From contig DXAN01000023.1 of the NCBI GenBank assembly GCA_019117045.1, positions 127,527 to 191,526 of the forward strand: a stretch of DNA of 64,000 nucleotides, given 5' to 3'. This stretch comes from Candidatus Mailhella merdigallinarum. Lineage in GTDB: Bacteria > Desulfobacterota > Desulfovibrionia > Desulfovibrionales > Desulfovibrionaceae. The notes under the pieces are model-generated. The model had not been told where the DNA came from. It was given only the letters and a program-made list of their open reading frames with translations, and did no database searches. The position numbers and the translations under genes were made by a program. Shown here piece by piece: positions 1 through 10,849 of the stretch (within the stretch, counting starts at the first letter, position 1; every line of letters starts with the position of its first letter).

Positions 1-633
1 ATTGGAAATATCTTTCCTGAAGAGAGAGAGTTTCTGTTCCATTCCCTGAAACGACTTGAGACAGAAGATTTCTTTGACCAATACTCGCCTGACTCTCCTT
101 CGTTTGAAAATCCAATATCTATACCGGCATCAAGCTATCATTTTATCTCGCACATTTTCGTCGATACCATTCTTGTCAGTCGGTATGATACCATCAGATT
201 TCTCCGCAATTACCCTTTGCACAAGGAAGTGAAAGGTATTACCCGCGCGCTTGTGGAATCCATTCTCAAATCTATGCCCCCAGAAAACATTTCCCCGGAA
301 AGTTCCCAAGTGCAGACAGAACAGCCAGCAGTGGAGGAAGCGGAAGATGGCAAACTTATGTTCAGGATTCCGTCCACTGTCTGGCGAGGAAAGCCGGATC
401 ATGCCGTCTATGACGGCATGAAAGACACCTATCCTCTCCCCGTAATCGCCTATGTCCTGTTTTACTGGTGCAGTGCCGACAAGCCCGAAACAGGACACAA
501 AACCCAGATGGGCAGAAAAACGCAGCTTGGCCGTCTGTTCACGGAAAAGGAATATAGCGATCCCAAGTCGTACCGAAACCTGATGAACCGTCTTCTTGAA
601 GAAGCTGACGCATACACCATTATTCAGGGGTGA
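1..633 (+). CDS. hypothetical protein of the mobile element, 5' partial
   Basis: The frame is open from base 1 with no stop and continues into the listed ORF 217..633. The opposite-strand ORF 130..687 is judged spurious. I recognise no family from the sequence. Confidence 0.35.
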   Translation: MGNIFPEEREFLFHSLKRLETEDFFDQYSPDSPSFENPISIPASSYHFISHIFVDTILVSRYDTIRFLRNYPLHKEVKGITRALVESILKSMPPENISPESSQVQTEQPAVEEAEDGKLMFRIPSTVWRGKPDHAVYDGMKDTYPLPVIAYVLFYWCSADKPETGHKTQMGRKTQLGRLFTEKEYSDPKSYRNLMNRLLEEADAYTIIQG

Positions 634-758
634 TTTTTTAGCTCCATTTTCCCACATTCCCGCGTTTTCCCGTCTTTTTCCCGCCAAATTCCCTCACGGA
701 AATCTTTCCCGGCATGTCAGAACCTTCTGAAGAGCAACAACCTTCAGGAGGTTTTTTC

Positions 759-977
759 ATGGCTCAGCGTAAACCGTCATTCCCCGAATTCGGCTTTGTC
801 CGTCTGCCCCAGATTCTGGCCTGCATCCCCATTTGCGAAAGCGCCTGGTGGGAGGGCTGCCGAACCGGTCGTTATCCCAAGCCGGTGAAGCTTGGCCCTC
901 GCACCACAGCTTGGCGCGTTGAAGATATCAGGGAGCTTATTGAGCGCTTGGGCAACGGTGAAGCCAATGTCAGATAG
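759..977 (+). CDS. AlpA-family phage/ICE transcriptional regulator (excisionase-like HTH)
   Basis: Motif VRLPQILACIPICESAWWEGCRTGRYPKPVKLGPRTTAWRVEDIRELI is typical of AlpA/prophage CP4-57 regulators. The start was chosen at the internal ATG (MAQRKPS...) of ORF 714..977. Confidence 0.7.
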   Translation: MAQRKPSFPEFGFVRLPQILACIPICESAWWEGCRTGRYPKPVKLGPRTTAWRVEDIRELIERLGNGEANVR

Positions 978-1001
978 CTCATTCCTTTCTGTAGGGAGGC
1001 C

Positions 1002-3656
1002 ATGATGAGTTCTGACATTCTGCACAGTTTTGCCGAGTGTCTGTGTGCAGCTGGGCTGGAGGTCGAGACCGTTCAGGCCGATGGCCTCCTGCACCGTTGC
1101 GGCACAACGGACAGGCCCCACCGCAAGGACGGCGCGTACAAGGCGTTTCTGGACGTTCCGGCTTCCATCTGGTGGAAGAACTGGCGCACCGGCGATGAGG
1201 GAACGTGGACATACAGGCCGGAAAAGGAACTGCCCACTGCCGAACGTAAGGCCCTGCATGAACGCATCCGGGCCATCAGAGCGCACAATGAAGCCGAACA
1301 GGCCCGCCGCTGGCAGGTTGCCGCAAAGCTGGCAATCAGTATCTGGAATCATGCCCGACCCGCCGAGGACAATCATCCCTACCTGCAACGTAAGGAAGTC
1401 CCGGCCATCGGCCTGCGGCAGACGGAGGACGGGCGGCTGATTGTTCCGGTGCAGAACACGTCCGGCAAAATTCAGAGCCTGCAATTCATCCTGCCGGACA
1501 AGCCTGCCGAGGATACGGACAAGTTCTTTCTCAAGAGTGGCAAAACGTCCGGCGGCTTTTTCTCCATTCCTGCAAAAAACGGAACCAAGGACGGCCCCTT
1601 ACTCATTGTCGAAGGCTACGCCACGGCGGCCAGTCTGCATCTGGCGACCGGATACGCCGTGCTGATCGCTTTCAACGCCGGAAATCTGCAAGCCGTGGCC
1701 CGCACAGCCCGTGCCCGGTATCCGGATCGGGAAATCCTTCTTTGCGCGGACAACGACTGCGAAACCGTCAAACCCGACGGCACGCCGTGGAATCCCGGCA
1801 AGGAAGCGGCTTGCAGAGCGGCGCAGGCTGTGGGCGGCAAGCTGGCCGTCTGCCCGGCCCATGACGGCAAGGCGACGGATTTCAACGATCTGCACCGCCT
1901 GCGTTCCTTTGAGGCCGTTCGCGCCGTTGTGGAAGCGGCACGAAAACAGGATACCGAATGCCCCATGCCGGAAGGTTTCTTTCTTGTGGCGGAAGGCAAA
2001 CGTGCCGGACTGTACAAGCTGGAAACCAAGCCGGACGGCGAGATGAACGAAGTCCGCATCGGGCCTCCGCTCTCCGTGAAAGGCATGACCCGCGACAGCG
2101 AGGGCAACGAATGGGGCCTCATGCTGGAATGGGCTGACCCGGACGGCAAGAAGCATACCTGGCCCATGCCCATTGAACTGCTCTTCCGGCAGGGCGCGGA
2201 CTGGTACAGCAGCCTGGCTTCCGGCGGATGGCTCGGCAATCCCTCCGCCAGAAAGAAACTCATGGACTTTCTGTCAGCCGTCCGACCCACCCGCCGTATT
2301 CGCTGTGTGCCCCGCACCGGCTGGGACAACACCGCTTACCTCCTGCCGGATGCCGTGTACGGCGATACCTCCGGCGAAAGCGTGGTTCTGCAATCCGCGC
2401 ATCACGGCGATCTGTATCGTACCGCCGGAACTCTGGAAGGTTGGCGGGAAATCGCCGTGCTTGCCGTCGGCAATTCCCGTCTGAGCTTCGCCCTGTGTGC
2501 GGCCTTTGCCGGGCCGTTGCTGCGTCTGGCTGGTCTGGAGGGCGGCGGATTCAGCTTTGAGGGCGGATCATCCTCCGGCAAGACAACGGCCCTCCAGATT
2601 GCCGCGTCCGTCTGGGGTGGCCCGGAACACGTCCGAAGCTGGCGCGCCACGGACAACGGCCTTGAAAACATCGCAGTCCTGCACAACGACAATGTGCTGA
2701 TTCTGGATGAAGTCGGGCAGGTCAACGGCAAGGTTCTGGCCGAATGCGCCTACATGCTGGCCAACGGTCAGGGCAAGGGACGTTCCAGCCGCGAAGGCAA
2801 TCTTCGCAAATCCCATTCCTGGCGTCTGCTCTTTCTCTCCAGCGGTGAACTCGGCCTGGCCGACAAGCTGGCCGAAAACGGCCTGAAGTCCAGAGGCGGG
2901 CAGGAAGTCCGCTTTGTCGGGCTTCCCGTGGATACGTCCATGCTCACCGAACTGCACGGTTTTCCCCATGCCGGAGCCGTGGTGAATCGTCTCAAGGAAT
3001 TGTCTGCTATCCATTATGGCCACGCGGGCCGCGCCTTCCTGCACAAATTGACCGAACCTGACACCATGACCACGGTTTTGTCCGAGCTGCAATCGGCTCT
3101 TGCCAACACGGTCAGTCATCTTGTGCCTGTCGGATCAGATGGTCAGGTGCGGCGCGTGGCCCAACGCTTCGCGCTTTGTGGACTGGCCGGAGGTCTGGCC
3201 GCGCAGATGGAGATTCTGCCCCCTGACTTTGACGCTCCGGGCTGTGCCGAACGCTGTTTCCATGACTGGCTGGCCGCTCGCGGCGGCATCGGCGCTTCCG
3301 AGGACGCGGCCATTCTGGCCGCTGTGCGCCTGTTCATCGAACAGCACGGAGCAAGCCGCTTTCAGGACTTGGACAGAATTGCCGACACCTGCCCCAACCG
3401 CGTGGGCTTTCGGCGCACACGCAACAGCATGACCGAGTATCTGATCCTTCCGGAAAGTTTTCGGGCTGAGGTTGTCAAAGGATACGCCGAGACAAGAGCC
3501 GTGCGTGTTTTGCGTGAGGCGGGCTGGCTGCGCACTCCAGATAAAAATCGGCTGAAAGCTCAGGAGCGCCTTCCCGGTCTTGGACGTGTGCGCGTCTACA
3601 TCGTGCGCTTGCCGGATGACGCGGACGAAGGCACGGCTCAAACCTTGTCCGATTGA
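1002..3656 (+). CDS. DNA primase/helicase of integrative elements (zinc-binding N-terminus, TOPRIM, DUF927 helicase-like domain)
   Basis: Toprim-like stretch [30 protein letters not shown] plus DxD (CADNDCE). A DUF927-like region carries a Walker A motif, [21 protein letters not shown]. 884 aa. Confidence 0.8.
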   Translation: MMSSDILHSFAECLCAAGLEVETVQADGLLHRCGTTDRPHRKDGAYKAFLDVPASIWWKNWRTGDEGTWTYRPEKELPTAERKALHERIRAIRAHNEAEQARRWQVAAKLAISIWNHARPAEDNHPYLQRKEVPAIGLRQTEDGRLIVPVQNTSGKIQSLQFILPDKPAEDTDKFFLKSGKTSGGFFSIPAKNGTKDGPLLIVEGYATAASLHLATGYAVLIAFNAGNLQAVARTARARYPDREILLCADNDCETVKPDGTPWNPGKEAACRAAQAVGGKLAVCPAHDGKATDFNDLHRLRSFEAVRAVVEAARKQDTECPMPEGFFLVAEGKRAGLYKLETKPDGEMNEVRIGPPLSVKGMTRDSEGNEWGLMLEWADPDGKKHTWPMPIELLFRQGADWYSSLASGGWLGNPSARKKLMDFLSAVRPTRRIRCVPRTGWDNTAYLLPDAVYGDTSGESVVLQSAHHGDLYRTAGTLEGWREIAVLAVGNSRLSFALCAAFAGPLLRLAGLEGGGFSFEGGSSSGKTTALQIAASVWGGPEHVRSWRATDNGLENIAVLHNDNVLILDEVGQVNGKVLAECAYMLANGQGKGRSSREGNLRKSHSWRLLFLSSGELGLADKLAENGLKSRGGQEVRFVGLPVDTSMLTELHGFPHAGAVVNRLKELSAIHYGHAGRAFLHKLTEPDTMTTVLSELQSALANTVSHLVPVGSDGQVRRVAQRFALCGLAGGLAAQMEILPPDFDAPGCAERCFHDWLAARGGIGASEDAAILAAVRLFIEQHGASRFQDLDRIADTCPNRVGFRRTRNSMTEYLILPESFRAEVVKGYAETRAVRVLREAGWLRTPDKNRLKAQERLPGLGRVRVYIVRLPDDADEGTAQTLSD

Positions 3657-3663
3657 GCGGTGA

Positions 3664-3803
3664 CAGTGGGGACAACGGTGACAAGCCTGTAATCGCAAGG
3701 GATTATGTCTGTCACCACTTGTCACCATTCCCTATTCGAGTGGTGACCACCGAAAAGCCTTGTCATTGCCTGATGGTCACCACTGTCACCGCTGTCCCCA
3801 CTG
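3664..3803. repeat. 20-bp inverted repeat arms (3664-3683 and 3784-3803) flanking about 6 GTGACCA-type iterons; candidate oriT/origin
   Basis: cagtggggacaacggtgaca at 3664-3683 versus tgtcaccgctgtccccactg at 3784-3803, reverse complements with one mismatch. Internal ctgtcaccac, gtcaccattcc, the palindrome ggtgaccacc and ggtcaccactgtcacc lie between. The block sits directly upstream of the relaxase start. Confidence 0.5.
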
Positions 3804-3826
3804 AAAATAAACAGGGAGAAAAGGCC

Positions 3827-5053
3827 ATGTCCTATCTCGTTTTGCATATGGACAAATTCAAGAAAGACGCCATTCGCGGCATCCAGAGCCACAACCGACG
3901 CGAGCGCGAAAGCCATTCCAACCCCGACATTGATTACAGCCGAAGCGTGGGAAACTACGATCTGCATGAATCCGCTTCAGACAACTACTCGCAGACCATC
4001 CAGAATCGCATTGACGATCTGCTCATGGTCAAGGTTGTCCGCAAGGATGCCGTGCATATGTGTGGCCTGATTGTCAGTTCGGACAAATCGTTCTTTACCC
4101 GCATGGGCAAGGAGGAAATCAGACGCTTTTTTGCGGAAGCTGCGGCCTATCTCACCGATTTTGTCGGCAGGGAAAATGTCGTCTCGGCAATGGTGCATAT
4201 GGATGAAAAGACGCCGCACATGCACTTCCTTCATGTGCCGGTGACGCCGGATGGACGGCTTTGCGCCAAGGATATCTACACCAAGGCCGCGCTCAGGAAA
4301 TTGCAGGACGAATTGCCGAGGCATCTGCAAAATCGTGGCTTCCAAATCGAACGTGGTGTGGAACAGCAAAAAGGCTCGGCAAAAAAACATCTGGATACCA
4401 GGGAATTCAAGCAACAGCAGGAAATGATGGCCGCCATGCGGCAGGATGCAGCCCGATTGGAGGCAATCCTTTTTGACCTCCAAAAACAGATTGAACTTGC
4501 CGAAGCGCAACAAGTCACTCTTGAGGAAGAAAATGAGAGCAGGAAAAAGGTGATTTCTGAAGCCGAATCCAGATTGAAAAATGGCCCCAAACTGCCTGCC
4601 GCGAACTTCTTCAATTTTAAAGAAGTGCTCGCCCATGCCCAGGAAAAACTGAATGCGTACCAGAAGGCCCTTTCCGACAAGGAAGAAATCGCCCAAGAGC
4701 GGGACATGCGGGAACGTCAGGCGCAAACTCTGCTGTATGAGCGCGACAGGGCGCATGAGGCCGTGCGGATGGCGCAGTCCCATATTCAGGCTCTGAAAAC
4801 GGAAAACCAAAAGCTGCGGGCGAGCATGGCGCAAGCCCAGGAAAAGGCTGCCTCGGCACTGAAGGACATGCAGGATTTTATCCTGTTCTCCGGCAACCAG
4901 CTCCGTTTTCAGGAATTTCAGCTTCAGCGAGAGGACGAAAGAAAAATGAATGCTCGTAACCGTGAACAGGCCAGATTAGCAGCGGAGCGTGACCGGCAAA
5001 TTCCTCAAGAGGCCGAAAAGCCAAACCGTCCGCGTGGCATGAGGATGCGCTGA
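3827..5053 (+). CDS. MobV-family relaxase (plasmid recombination enzyme, Mob_Pre) with C-terminal coiled coil
   Basis: N-terminal MSYLVLHMDKFKK...HNRRE and HMHFLHVPV (histidine triad) are typical of Pre/MobV relaxases. An RBS agggagaa precedes the ATG at 3827. The 5' part of the listed ORF is the untranslated iteron region. Confidence 0.8.
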   Translation: MSYLVLHMDKFKKDAIRGIQSHNRRERESHSNPDIDYSRSVGNYDLHESASDNYSQTIQNRIDDLLMVKVVRKDAVHMCGLIVSSDKSFFTRMGKEEIRRFFAEAAAYLTDFVGRENVVSAMVHMDEKTPHMHFLHVPVTPDGRLCAKDIYTKAALRKLQDELPRHLQNRGFQIERGVEQQKGSAKKHLDTREFKQQQEMMAAMRQDAARLEAILFDLQKQIELAEAQQVTLEEENESRKKVISEAESRLKNGPKLPAANFFNFKEVLAHAQEKLNAYQKALSDKEEIAQERDMRERQAQTLLYERDRAHEAVRMAQSHIQALKTENQKLRASMAQAQEKAASALKDMQDFILFSGNQLRFQEFQLQREDERKMNARNREQARLAAERDRQIPQEAEKPNRPRGMRMR

Positions 5054-5199
5054 GGAATCTGATGAAAATCTTGGCGCAGCAGCAAGATATAGCCCACTAT
5101 ACCTTGCTGGCGCAAGGCGTGGGCAAGCGTGCCGCTTGACCGCCAAAGGCAAAAGACAAATCGGGGGACATTCCCCCATCAATCACAGGAGAAAACACC

Positions 5200-5553
5200 A
5201 TGAGCATCACCGCCAGCCAAGTGAAGGAAATCCGACAGGAGTTTGCCAAGCTCAGGCCCTCCGCCGTCACACTGGATGGAAACCGCGCTATGACAGTGAA
5301 ACAGGCCATTTTTACCCTTGCCCCGACGCTGGAGCGGATGAAGAAGCGCGGCTTCGACACACAGGAAATCGTCGAAAAGCTGCACGAGAAGGGGATTGAG
5401 GTGAAGCCTCAAACCCTGACGAAATATCTGACCGAGGCCAGACGGCAGAAGGAAGGCCGGAAAAACCAAAAACGAGACACGCCCCCGCCGCTTCCGAGAC
5501 ACGAACAACGCGGCAGCTTCATTACCCCTGATACCCCGGATGATGAACTGTAA
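5200..5553 (+). CDS. hypothetical small basic protein (possible mobilisation accessory or DNA-binding protein)
   Basis: 117-aa ORF immediately downstream of the relaxase; no recognisable family. Confidence 0.4.
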   Translation: MSITASQVKEIRQEFAKLRPSAVTLDGNRAMTVKQAIFTLAPTLERMKKRGFDTQEIVEKLHEKGIEVKPQTLTKYLTEARRQKEGRKNQKRDTPPPLPRHEQRGSFITPDTPDDEL

Positions 5554-5654
5554 TAGCTATTCCTGTCCGGATAACCAATAGCTTGCGCTCCGTGCCCATT
5601 CCGTCTAACATTGAATCAAAGTGCATATCCCGATTAGTGAAGGGGACGCCCCGT

Positions 5655-8051
5655 ATGTCAGTAAACCGATTCGGCAATGAATCCGAAGAAGATACCAAGC
5701 TGAGACGCATCACCCCCGCCATTCAAAAGGCGGGCTGGAAGGCGGATCAGATACTCATGGAGTATTCCCTCAAGGCTGATCGTTATCGCATTATCCCCGG
5801 ACAAAATTTTGCCCAGAAAGATAACCAGTCAGCCCGCACAAAACCCGACTATATCCTTTGCCGTAGCATCAATCGCCCCCTTGCCGTTGTTGAGGCAAAA
5901 AAGGCCACCAAGACCGCACAGGACGGCCTTGATCAAGCCATTGCCTATGCGCGTATGCTTGGCGTGGACTTCGCCTACGCCTCTGCCGGGCAGGATTTTA
6001 TAGAATACGAAGTCCCCACAGCCAAACAGCGCACTATTACCCTTGACGCTTTTCCCTCACCCGATGACTTGTGGAAACGCTGGCGTGAACTGCACGGCAT
6101 AGCGGATGAAGATGGACAGAAGCTGGAAAACGCGCTCTATTATACATCCGCCGATGGACACACGCCGCGCTATTACCAGATGCAGGCTATCAACCGCACG
6201 GTGGACGCCATTATCGGCAGGCATCGCAGGCGTGTATTGCTGGTCATGGCTACCGGCACGGGCAAAACCTACACGGCTTTTCAGATAGTCTGGCGGCTGA
6301 AAAAAGCTGGGATAGTCAGAAACGTCCTGTACCTTGCCGACCGCAACCAGCTTGTCGATCAGACCTTGGCCGATGATTTCGCCCCATTCAACACGGCCAC
6401 CAAAATACGGCAAGGAAAGATAGACCGGAATTACGAAATCTATTTCGGCCTGTACCAGCAGCTCAAGGGCGATCAGACTGAGCCAGTGGCAGAACATTAC
6501 AGGCAGGTGCCCCCGGACTATTTTGACCTGATTATTGTGGATGAATGCCATCGGGGCAGCGCAAGCGAACAGAGCAGCTGGCGCGATATTCTTGATTACT
6601 TCCAGCCAGCCATACAGATAGGCATGACCGCCACTCCCAATGAAAAGGACGGTTCCAACAATCTGGATTACTTTGGCGAGCCGCTTATCACCTACACACT
6701 GAAACAGGGCATTGAGGACGGCTTTCTTGCGCCCTATCAGGTTGTCTCCGTCCATCTGGATAAGGACGTGCAGGGGTGGGAGCCGGAAGAGGGAGATGTG
6801 GACGAAGAAGGCCAACCTGTGCCCATGCGCAAATACACCCTTGCCGATTTTGACAGGACGATAGAGCTACGCAGCCGCACTCGCAAGGTGGCAGAGGTGG
6901 TCAGCAATTATCTTCAGCATCTTGGACGGATGTCCAAAACCATCATTTTCTGCACCACGCAACGCCACGCGGCTAACATGCGTGACGCCATGCGCGCCTG
7001 CAACCGCGATCTTGCAGCCGTTGACCATCGCTATGTCGTGCGCATGACCGCCGATGACGAAGAAGGGCGCGGCCTGTATGAGGATTTCATCAGCATAAAC
7101 CGCCCCTATCCCGTGGTAGTCACCACCAGCAAGCTGCTCACCACCGGGGCAAATACCAAGTGCGTCAAGCTGATTGTTCTGGACAGCAACATCAAGTCCA
7201 TGACCGAGTTCAAGCAGATTATCGGACGGGGTACCCGCCTTCGGCCTGATGTTGACAAGACCTTTTTCACCATTCTTGATTTTCGCGGGGCCTGTGCCCT
7301 GTTCCATGATCCTGACTTTGACGGCCCCGCCGATGATGAAACCAACTGGGATGGCAATGGCGATCCGCCTATCAGGCCACGCAGGCCGGACGGCGATGAT
7401 TCGTCAACGTCTCCTGTTGACACTCTGCCCGATGGTCAAGATGGCGCCCCCGATACAGGACAGGATGGGGGAGATGACCAGCAGCCGCGTGAAATGATCG
7501 TGGTGGATGGCGTGGAAATCACTATACTGGGAAAATCCGTCAGCTATCTTGACGAAAACGGTAATCTTGTGACGGAAAAATTCGCTGAGTACACCCGCAA
7601 AAATATCCTGTCCTGCTTCCCCACGGAAGAAGCGTTCCGGCAGGCATGGAACGGCGGCAGGGCCAAGAAAATCATTATTGAGGAGCTGCAACAGCGCGGT
7701 ATTCTGGTGGAACATCTGAAAAAAGAACTGGGCAACCCCGATCTTGACGAGTTTGACATGATTCGGCACATCGCTTTTGGCGGTGCGATGCTGACCCGCC
7801 AGCTACGTGCCAGCAAGGTGCGCGGAGCGAAATTTCTGGAAAAGTATCAGGATACCGCCCGAGCCGTGCTGGAACGTCTGCTGGATGCCTACACCATCAA
7901 TGGTATCCGCGAAATTGACGACCTTGCCGCCCTGAAAACCTATTGCGGCAACCTGGGCGGAATGAAAAAGATTTTTCAGGCCTTCGGCAATCAGGAGAAC
8001 TTTATGAGTGCGGTCAGGGAAATGGAAAACATTTTGTATGACGCCGCCTAG
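5655..8051 (+). CDS. hsdR: type I restriction enzyme R subunit (HsdR, EcoEI/type IB-like)
   Basis: N-terminal PD-(D/E)xK region (KPDYIL...VVEAKK), SF2 helicase Walker A LLVMATGTGKTYTA, DECH box IIVDECHRG, and a C-terminal EcoEI_R_C-like region. Start at ATG 5655 (MSVNRFG). Confidence 0.85.
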   Translation: MSVNRFGNESEEDTKLRRITPAIQKAGWKADQILMEYSLKADRYRIIPGQNFAQKDNQSARTKPDYILCRSINRPLAVVEAKKATKTAQDGLDQAIAYARMLGVDFAYASAGQDFIEYEVPTAKQRTITLDAFPSPDDLWKRWRELHGIADEDGQKLENALYYTSADGHTPRYYQMQAINRTVDAIIGRHRRRVLLVMATGTGKTYTAFQIVWRLKKAGIVRNVLYLADRNQLVDQTLADDFAPFNTATKIRQGKIDRNYEIYFGLYQQLKGDQTEPVAEHYRQVPPDYFDLIIVDECHRGSASEQSSWRDILDYFQPAIQIGMTATPNEKDGSNNLDYFGEPLITYTLKQGIEDGFLAPYQVVSVHLDKDVQGWEPEEGDVDEEGQPVPMRKYTLADFDRTIELRSRTRKVAEVVSNYLQHLGRMSKTIIFCTTQRHAANMRDAMRACNRDLAAVDHRYVVRMTADDEEGRGLYEDFISINRPYPVVVTTSKLLTTGANTKCVKLIVLDSNIKSMTEFKQIIGRGTRLRPDVDKTFFTILDFRGACALFHDPDFDGPADDETNWDGNGDPPIRPRRPDGDDSSTSPVDTLPDGQDGAPDTGQDGGDDQQPREMIVVDGVEITILGKSVSYLDENGNLVTEKFAEYTRKNILSCFPTEEAFRQAWNGGRAKKIIIEELQQRGILVEHLKKELGNPDLDEFDMIRHIAFGGAMLTRQLRASKVRGAKFLEKYQDTARAVLERLLDAYTINGIREIDDLAALKTYCGNLGGMKKIFQAFGNQENFMSAVREMENILYDAA

Positions 8052-8069
8052 ATCGAGCATGGAGACGAT

Positions 8070-9530
8070 ATGAGCCTTGCCAGTTTTATCAAGAAAATGC
8101 GCGACATCACGCGCCTTGATCAGGGCATCAACGGGGATGCCCAGCGCATTGAGCAGATCACCTGGATGCTGTTCCTCAAAATTTACGATGACCGCGAATA
8201 CGACTGGGAAGCTCTGGAACATGATTATGTCTCCATCATTCCCGATCCGTGCCGCTGGCGCAACTGGGCGGATACCGGCAAGGCACTCAAGGGGGATGAC
8301 TTGATCCGCTTTGTGGACGGCATGCTGTTGCCGACCCTCAAGGATTTGCCCATTCCCCCCGGCTGCCCTCTGCGCAAGAGCATTGTGAAGACCGTGTTCA
8401 CAGACATCCACAACTTCATGAAAGATGGCGTCCAGCTGCGCCAGCTGCTCACGGAGATCAACGAGTGCGATTTCAACGATCCGCAGGAGGCCCATGCCTT
8501 TGGCTCCATTTATGAAAGCATTCTGAAGTTGCTGCAAAGCGCGGGCAGTTCCGGCGAGTTTTATACGCCACGCGCCCTGACGGATTTCATGGCCCGGCAC
8601 GTTGGGCTGAAGCTGGGCGACAAGGTGGCGGACTTTGCCTGCGGCACCGGTGGTTTTCTGAACTCCGCCCGCGCATGGCTGGAAGGACAGGCCAAAACCA
8701 ACGCCCAACGCGAAATTCTGGCCCGCTCCTTTCACGGCACGGAAAAGAAACCACTCCCCTATCTGCTCTGCGTGACCAATCTGCTGTTGAACGGCGTGGA
8801 CGAGCCGCTCATCCGCTACGGCAATTCCCTGACCAAAAGCACGGGCGATTATACCGAGGCGGACAAGTTTGACGTGGTTCTGATGAATCCGCCCTACGGC
8901 GGCAGCGAACAGTTGACTATCCAACAGAATTTTCCGTCCAACATGCGCAGTGCGGAAACCGCCGATCTCTTCCTTATCCTGATTATGGCCCGCCTCAAGG
9001 CCACGGGGCGGGCCGCCGTGGTCATCCCGGACGGTTTTCTGTTTGGCGGCGGCAACAAGACGGAAATCAAGCGGGAACTGCTGAGCAACTTTAATCTCCA
9101 TACTATCGTGCGTCTGCCAACATCCGTGTTTTCTCCCTATACCTCCATTGCCACCAATGTGCTTTTCTTTGACGGCAACGGACCGACAAAAGAAACATGG
9201 TTCTATCGGGTGGATATGCCGGAAGGCTACAAGCATTTCTCCAAGACAAAGCCCATGCTGCTGGAGCATCTGGCCGACCTTGACGCATGGTGGGATAAAC
9301 GAGAGCCGCTGGAGGTGAACGGATCGGACAAGGCCCGCAAGTACAGCAAGGAAGAGCTGGAGGCCCTGCAATACAATTTTGACCTTTGCGGTTTCGCGCA
9401 GGAGGACGAGGAAATTTTGCCGCCCGCCGAGCTTATCGCTCATTACAAGGCGGAACGTGCCCGGCATGAAAAAATCATGGACGAAGCGCTTGGCAAAATT
9501 CTTGCCCTGATTGGGGAGGCACGGGCATGA
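8070..9530 (+). CDS. hsdM: type I R-M N6-adenine DNA methyltransferase subunit
   Basis: HsdM N-terminal domain, catalytic motif VLMNPPYGG, AdoMet motif FACGTGGF. Confidence 0.9.
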   Translation: MSLASFIKKMRDITRLDQGINGDAQRIEQITWMLFLKIYDDREYDWEALEHDYVSIIPDPCRWRNWADTGKALKGDDLIRFVDGMLLPTLKDLPIPPGCPLRKSIVKTVFTDIHNFMKDGVQLRQLLTEINECDFNDPQEAHAFGSIYESILKLLQSAGSSGEFYTPRALTDFMARHVGLKLGDKVADFACGTGGFLNSARAWLEGQAKTNAQREILARSFHGTEKKPLPYLLCVTNLLLNGVDEPLIRYGNSLTKSTGDYTEADKFDVVLMNPPYGGSEQLTIQQNFPSNMRSAETADLFLILIMARLKATGRAAVVIPDGFLFGGGNKTEIKRELLSNFNLHTIVRLPTSVFSPYTSIATNVLFFDGNGPTKETWFYRVDMPEGYKHFSKTKPMLLEHLADLDAWWDKREPLEVNGSDKARKYSKEELEALQYNFDLCGFAQEDEEILPPAELIAHYKAERARHEKIMDEALGKILALIGEARA

Positions 9531-10825
9531 CTGCAGAACAGCTCAAAGCATCTCTTATAACATACGCAATGAAAGGCGGACTTTCTGCTTCATGGCGAAA
9601 AGAACATAATTATTCTTTTGAACTATGGCGGAATTTGCCATTGAGCAAGATTTGCCATGCCATGACTTATGGAACGGCAAGAAAATCTTCTTCTGAAGGA
9701 GATGTTGTTGTTATTAGAATGGGTAACCTTCAAGGTGGAGAAATTATCTGGAGTAAATTAGCATATACTACAGCCCGTGATGACATAGAGAAGTATTTAC
9801 TTTCACCTGGGGATATACTTTTTAATAGAACAAACAGTCCTGAATTGGTTGGAAAGACTTCAATATACAGAGGAGAAAGGCCTGCTATATATGCAGGATA
9901 TCTTATAAGGCTTGACTATGATAAAAATATAATAATTGGAGAATATTTAAATTATGTAATGAATTCCCAAGAGGAAAGACAATTTTGCGCTGATGTTAGA
10001 GTTAATGGGGTATGTCAGGCAAATATTAATGCCAAAAAAATTGGAGCATTTAGCATTCCTGTGCCACCAATCGATGAACAACAATATATTGTATCCTGCC
10101 TGAACGAACTTCTGCCTCTTGTGGAGGAATACGGCAAAAGCCAGAGCGCGTTGCATGTGCTGGAAACGGAACTGCCCGGCAAATTGCGGGCTTCTCTCTT
10201 GCAACAGGCCATTATGGGCAAGCTCGTACCCCAACTTGATGACGAGCCTGCCGTGGATATCGACGCTGAAGAACCGGAAGAAGTGCCGTTTGCAATTCCT
10301 GAAAAGTGGAAGTGGGTGAGGCTGCGCGATATAGGCGCTATTTTTAGTGGGGCCACACCAAAAACAAATGTGACAGAATATTGGTCGCCTGCAATAGTAC
10401 CTTGGGTGACTCCGGCTGATTTGGGGAAAAACAAAAAAAAGACAATATCTTGTGGAGAGCGTTCTATTTCAAAGAAAGGTTATCTATCATGTTCAGCTGT
10501 TCTTTTGCCAAAGGGTTCAGTTGTATATTCATCTCGCGCTCCAATTGGTCATATAGCTATTACGGAAAATGAACTTGCTACTAATCAAGGGTGTAAATCT
10601 ATTGCTCCAAATTTTGAGATAGTTTTATCAGAATATGTCTATTATGGCCTTATTGCTTTAACTCCTGATATTCAAAGTCGTGCAAGCGGCACGACATTTC
10701 TTGAAATATCAAGTAAGAAGTTTGGAGAGACGTTTTTTCCTCTCCCACCTCTGGCTGAGCAACGACGCATTATCACAAGGCTAAACGAACTTTTACCATA
10801 TTTGAATTCTATGATAAAAAATTAA
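9527..10825 (+). CDS. hsdS: type I R-M specificity subunit
   Basis: Overlaps the hsdM stop. Two AT-rich target-recognition domains are separated by a conserved central helix (LNELLPLVEEYGKSQSAL) and a C-terminal repeat (RLNELLPYL). Confidence 0.85.
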   Translation: MTAEQLKASLITYAMKGGLSASWRKEHNYSFELWRNLPLSKICHAMTYGTARKSSSEGDVVVIRMGNLQGGEIIWSKLAYTTARDDIEKYLLSPGDILFNRTNSPELVGKTSIYRGERPAIYAGYLIRLDYDKNIIIGEYLNYVMNSQEERQFCADVRVNGVCQANINAKKIGAFSIPVPPIDEQQYIVSCLNELLPLVEEYGKSQSALHVLETELPGKLRASLLQQAIMGKLVPQLDDEPAVDIDAEEPEEVPFAIPEKWKWVRLRDIGAIFSGATPKTNVTEYWSPAIVPWVTPADLGKNKKKTISCGERSISKKGYLSCSAVLLPKGSVVYSSRAPIGHIAITENELATNQGCKSIAPNFEIVLSEYVYYGLIALTPDIQSRASGTTFLEISSKKFGETFFPLPPLAEQRRIITRLNELLPYLNSMIKN

Positions 10826-10849
10826 GTAGTAAAACTTGCGGATACATCT

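Noticed and set aside
130-687. 185-aa minus-strand ORF at the window start
   Set aside because: It overlaps the plus-strand frame, which is open from base 1 and co-oriented with the neighbouring AlpA and primase genes. The plus-strand reading is more plausible; neither has homology support.
3653-3826. 5' extension of the relaxase ORF ([11 protein letters not shown]...)
   Set aside because: It consists of the iteron/inverted-repeat DNA. The real start is the ATG at 3827, which is preceded by an RBS and matches the conserved MobV N-terminus.
7803-9467. 554-aa minus-strand ORF spanning the hsdR/hsdM junction
   Set aside because: It is antisense to two genes with strong motif support, and its translation is low-complexity Gly/Ala/Arg-rich.
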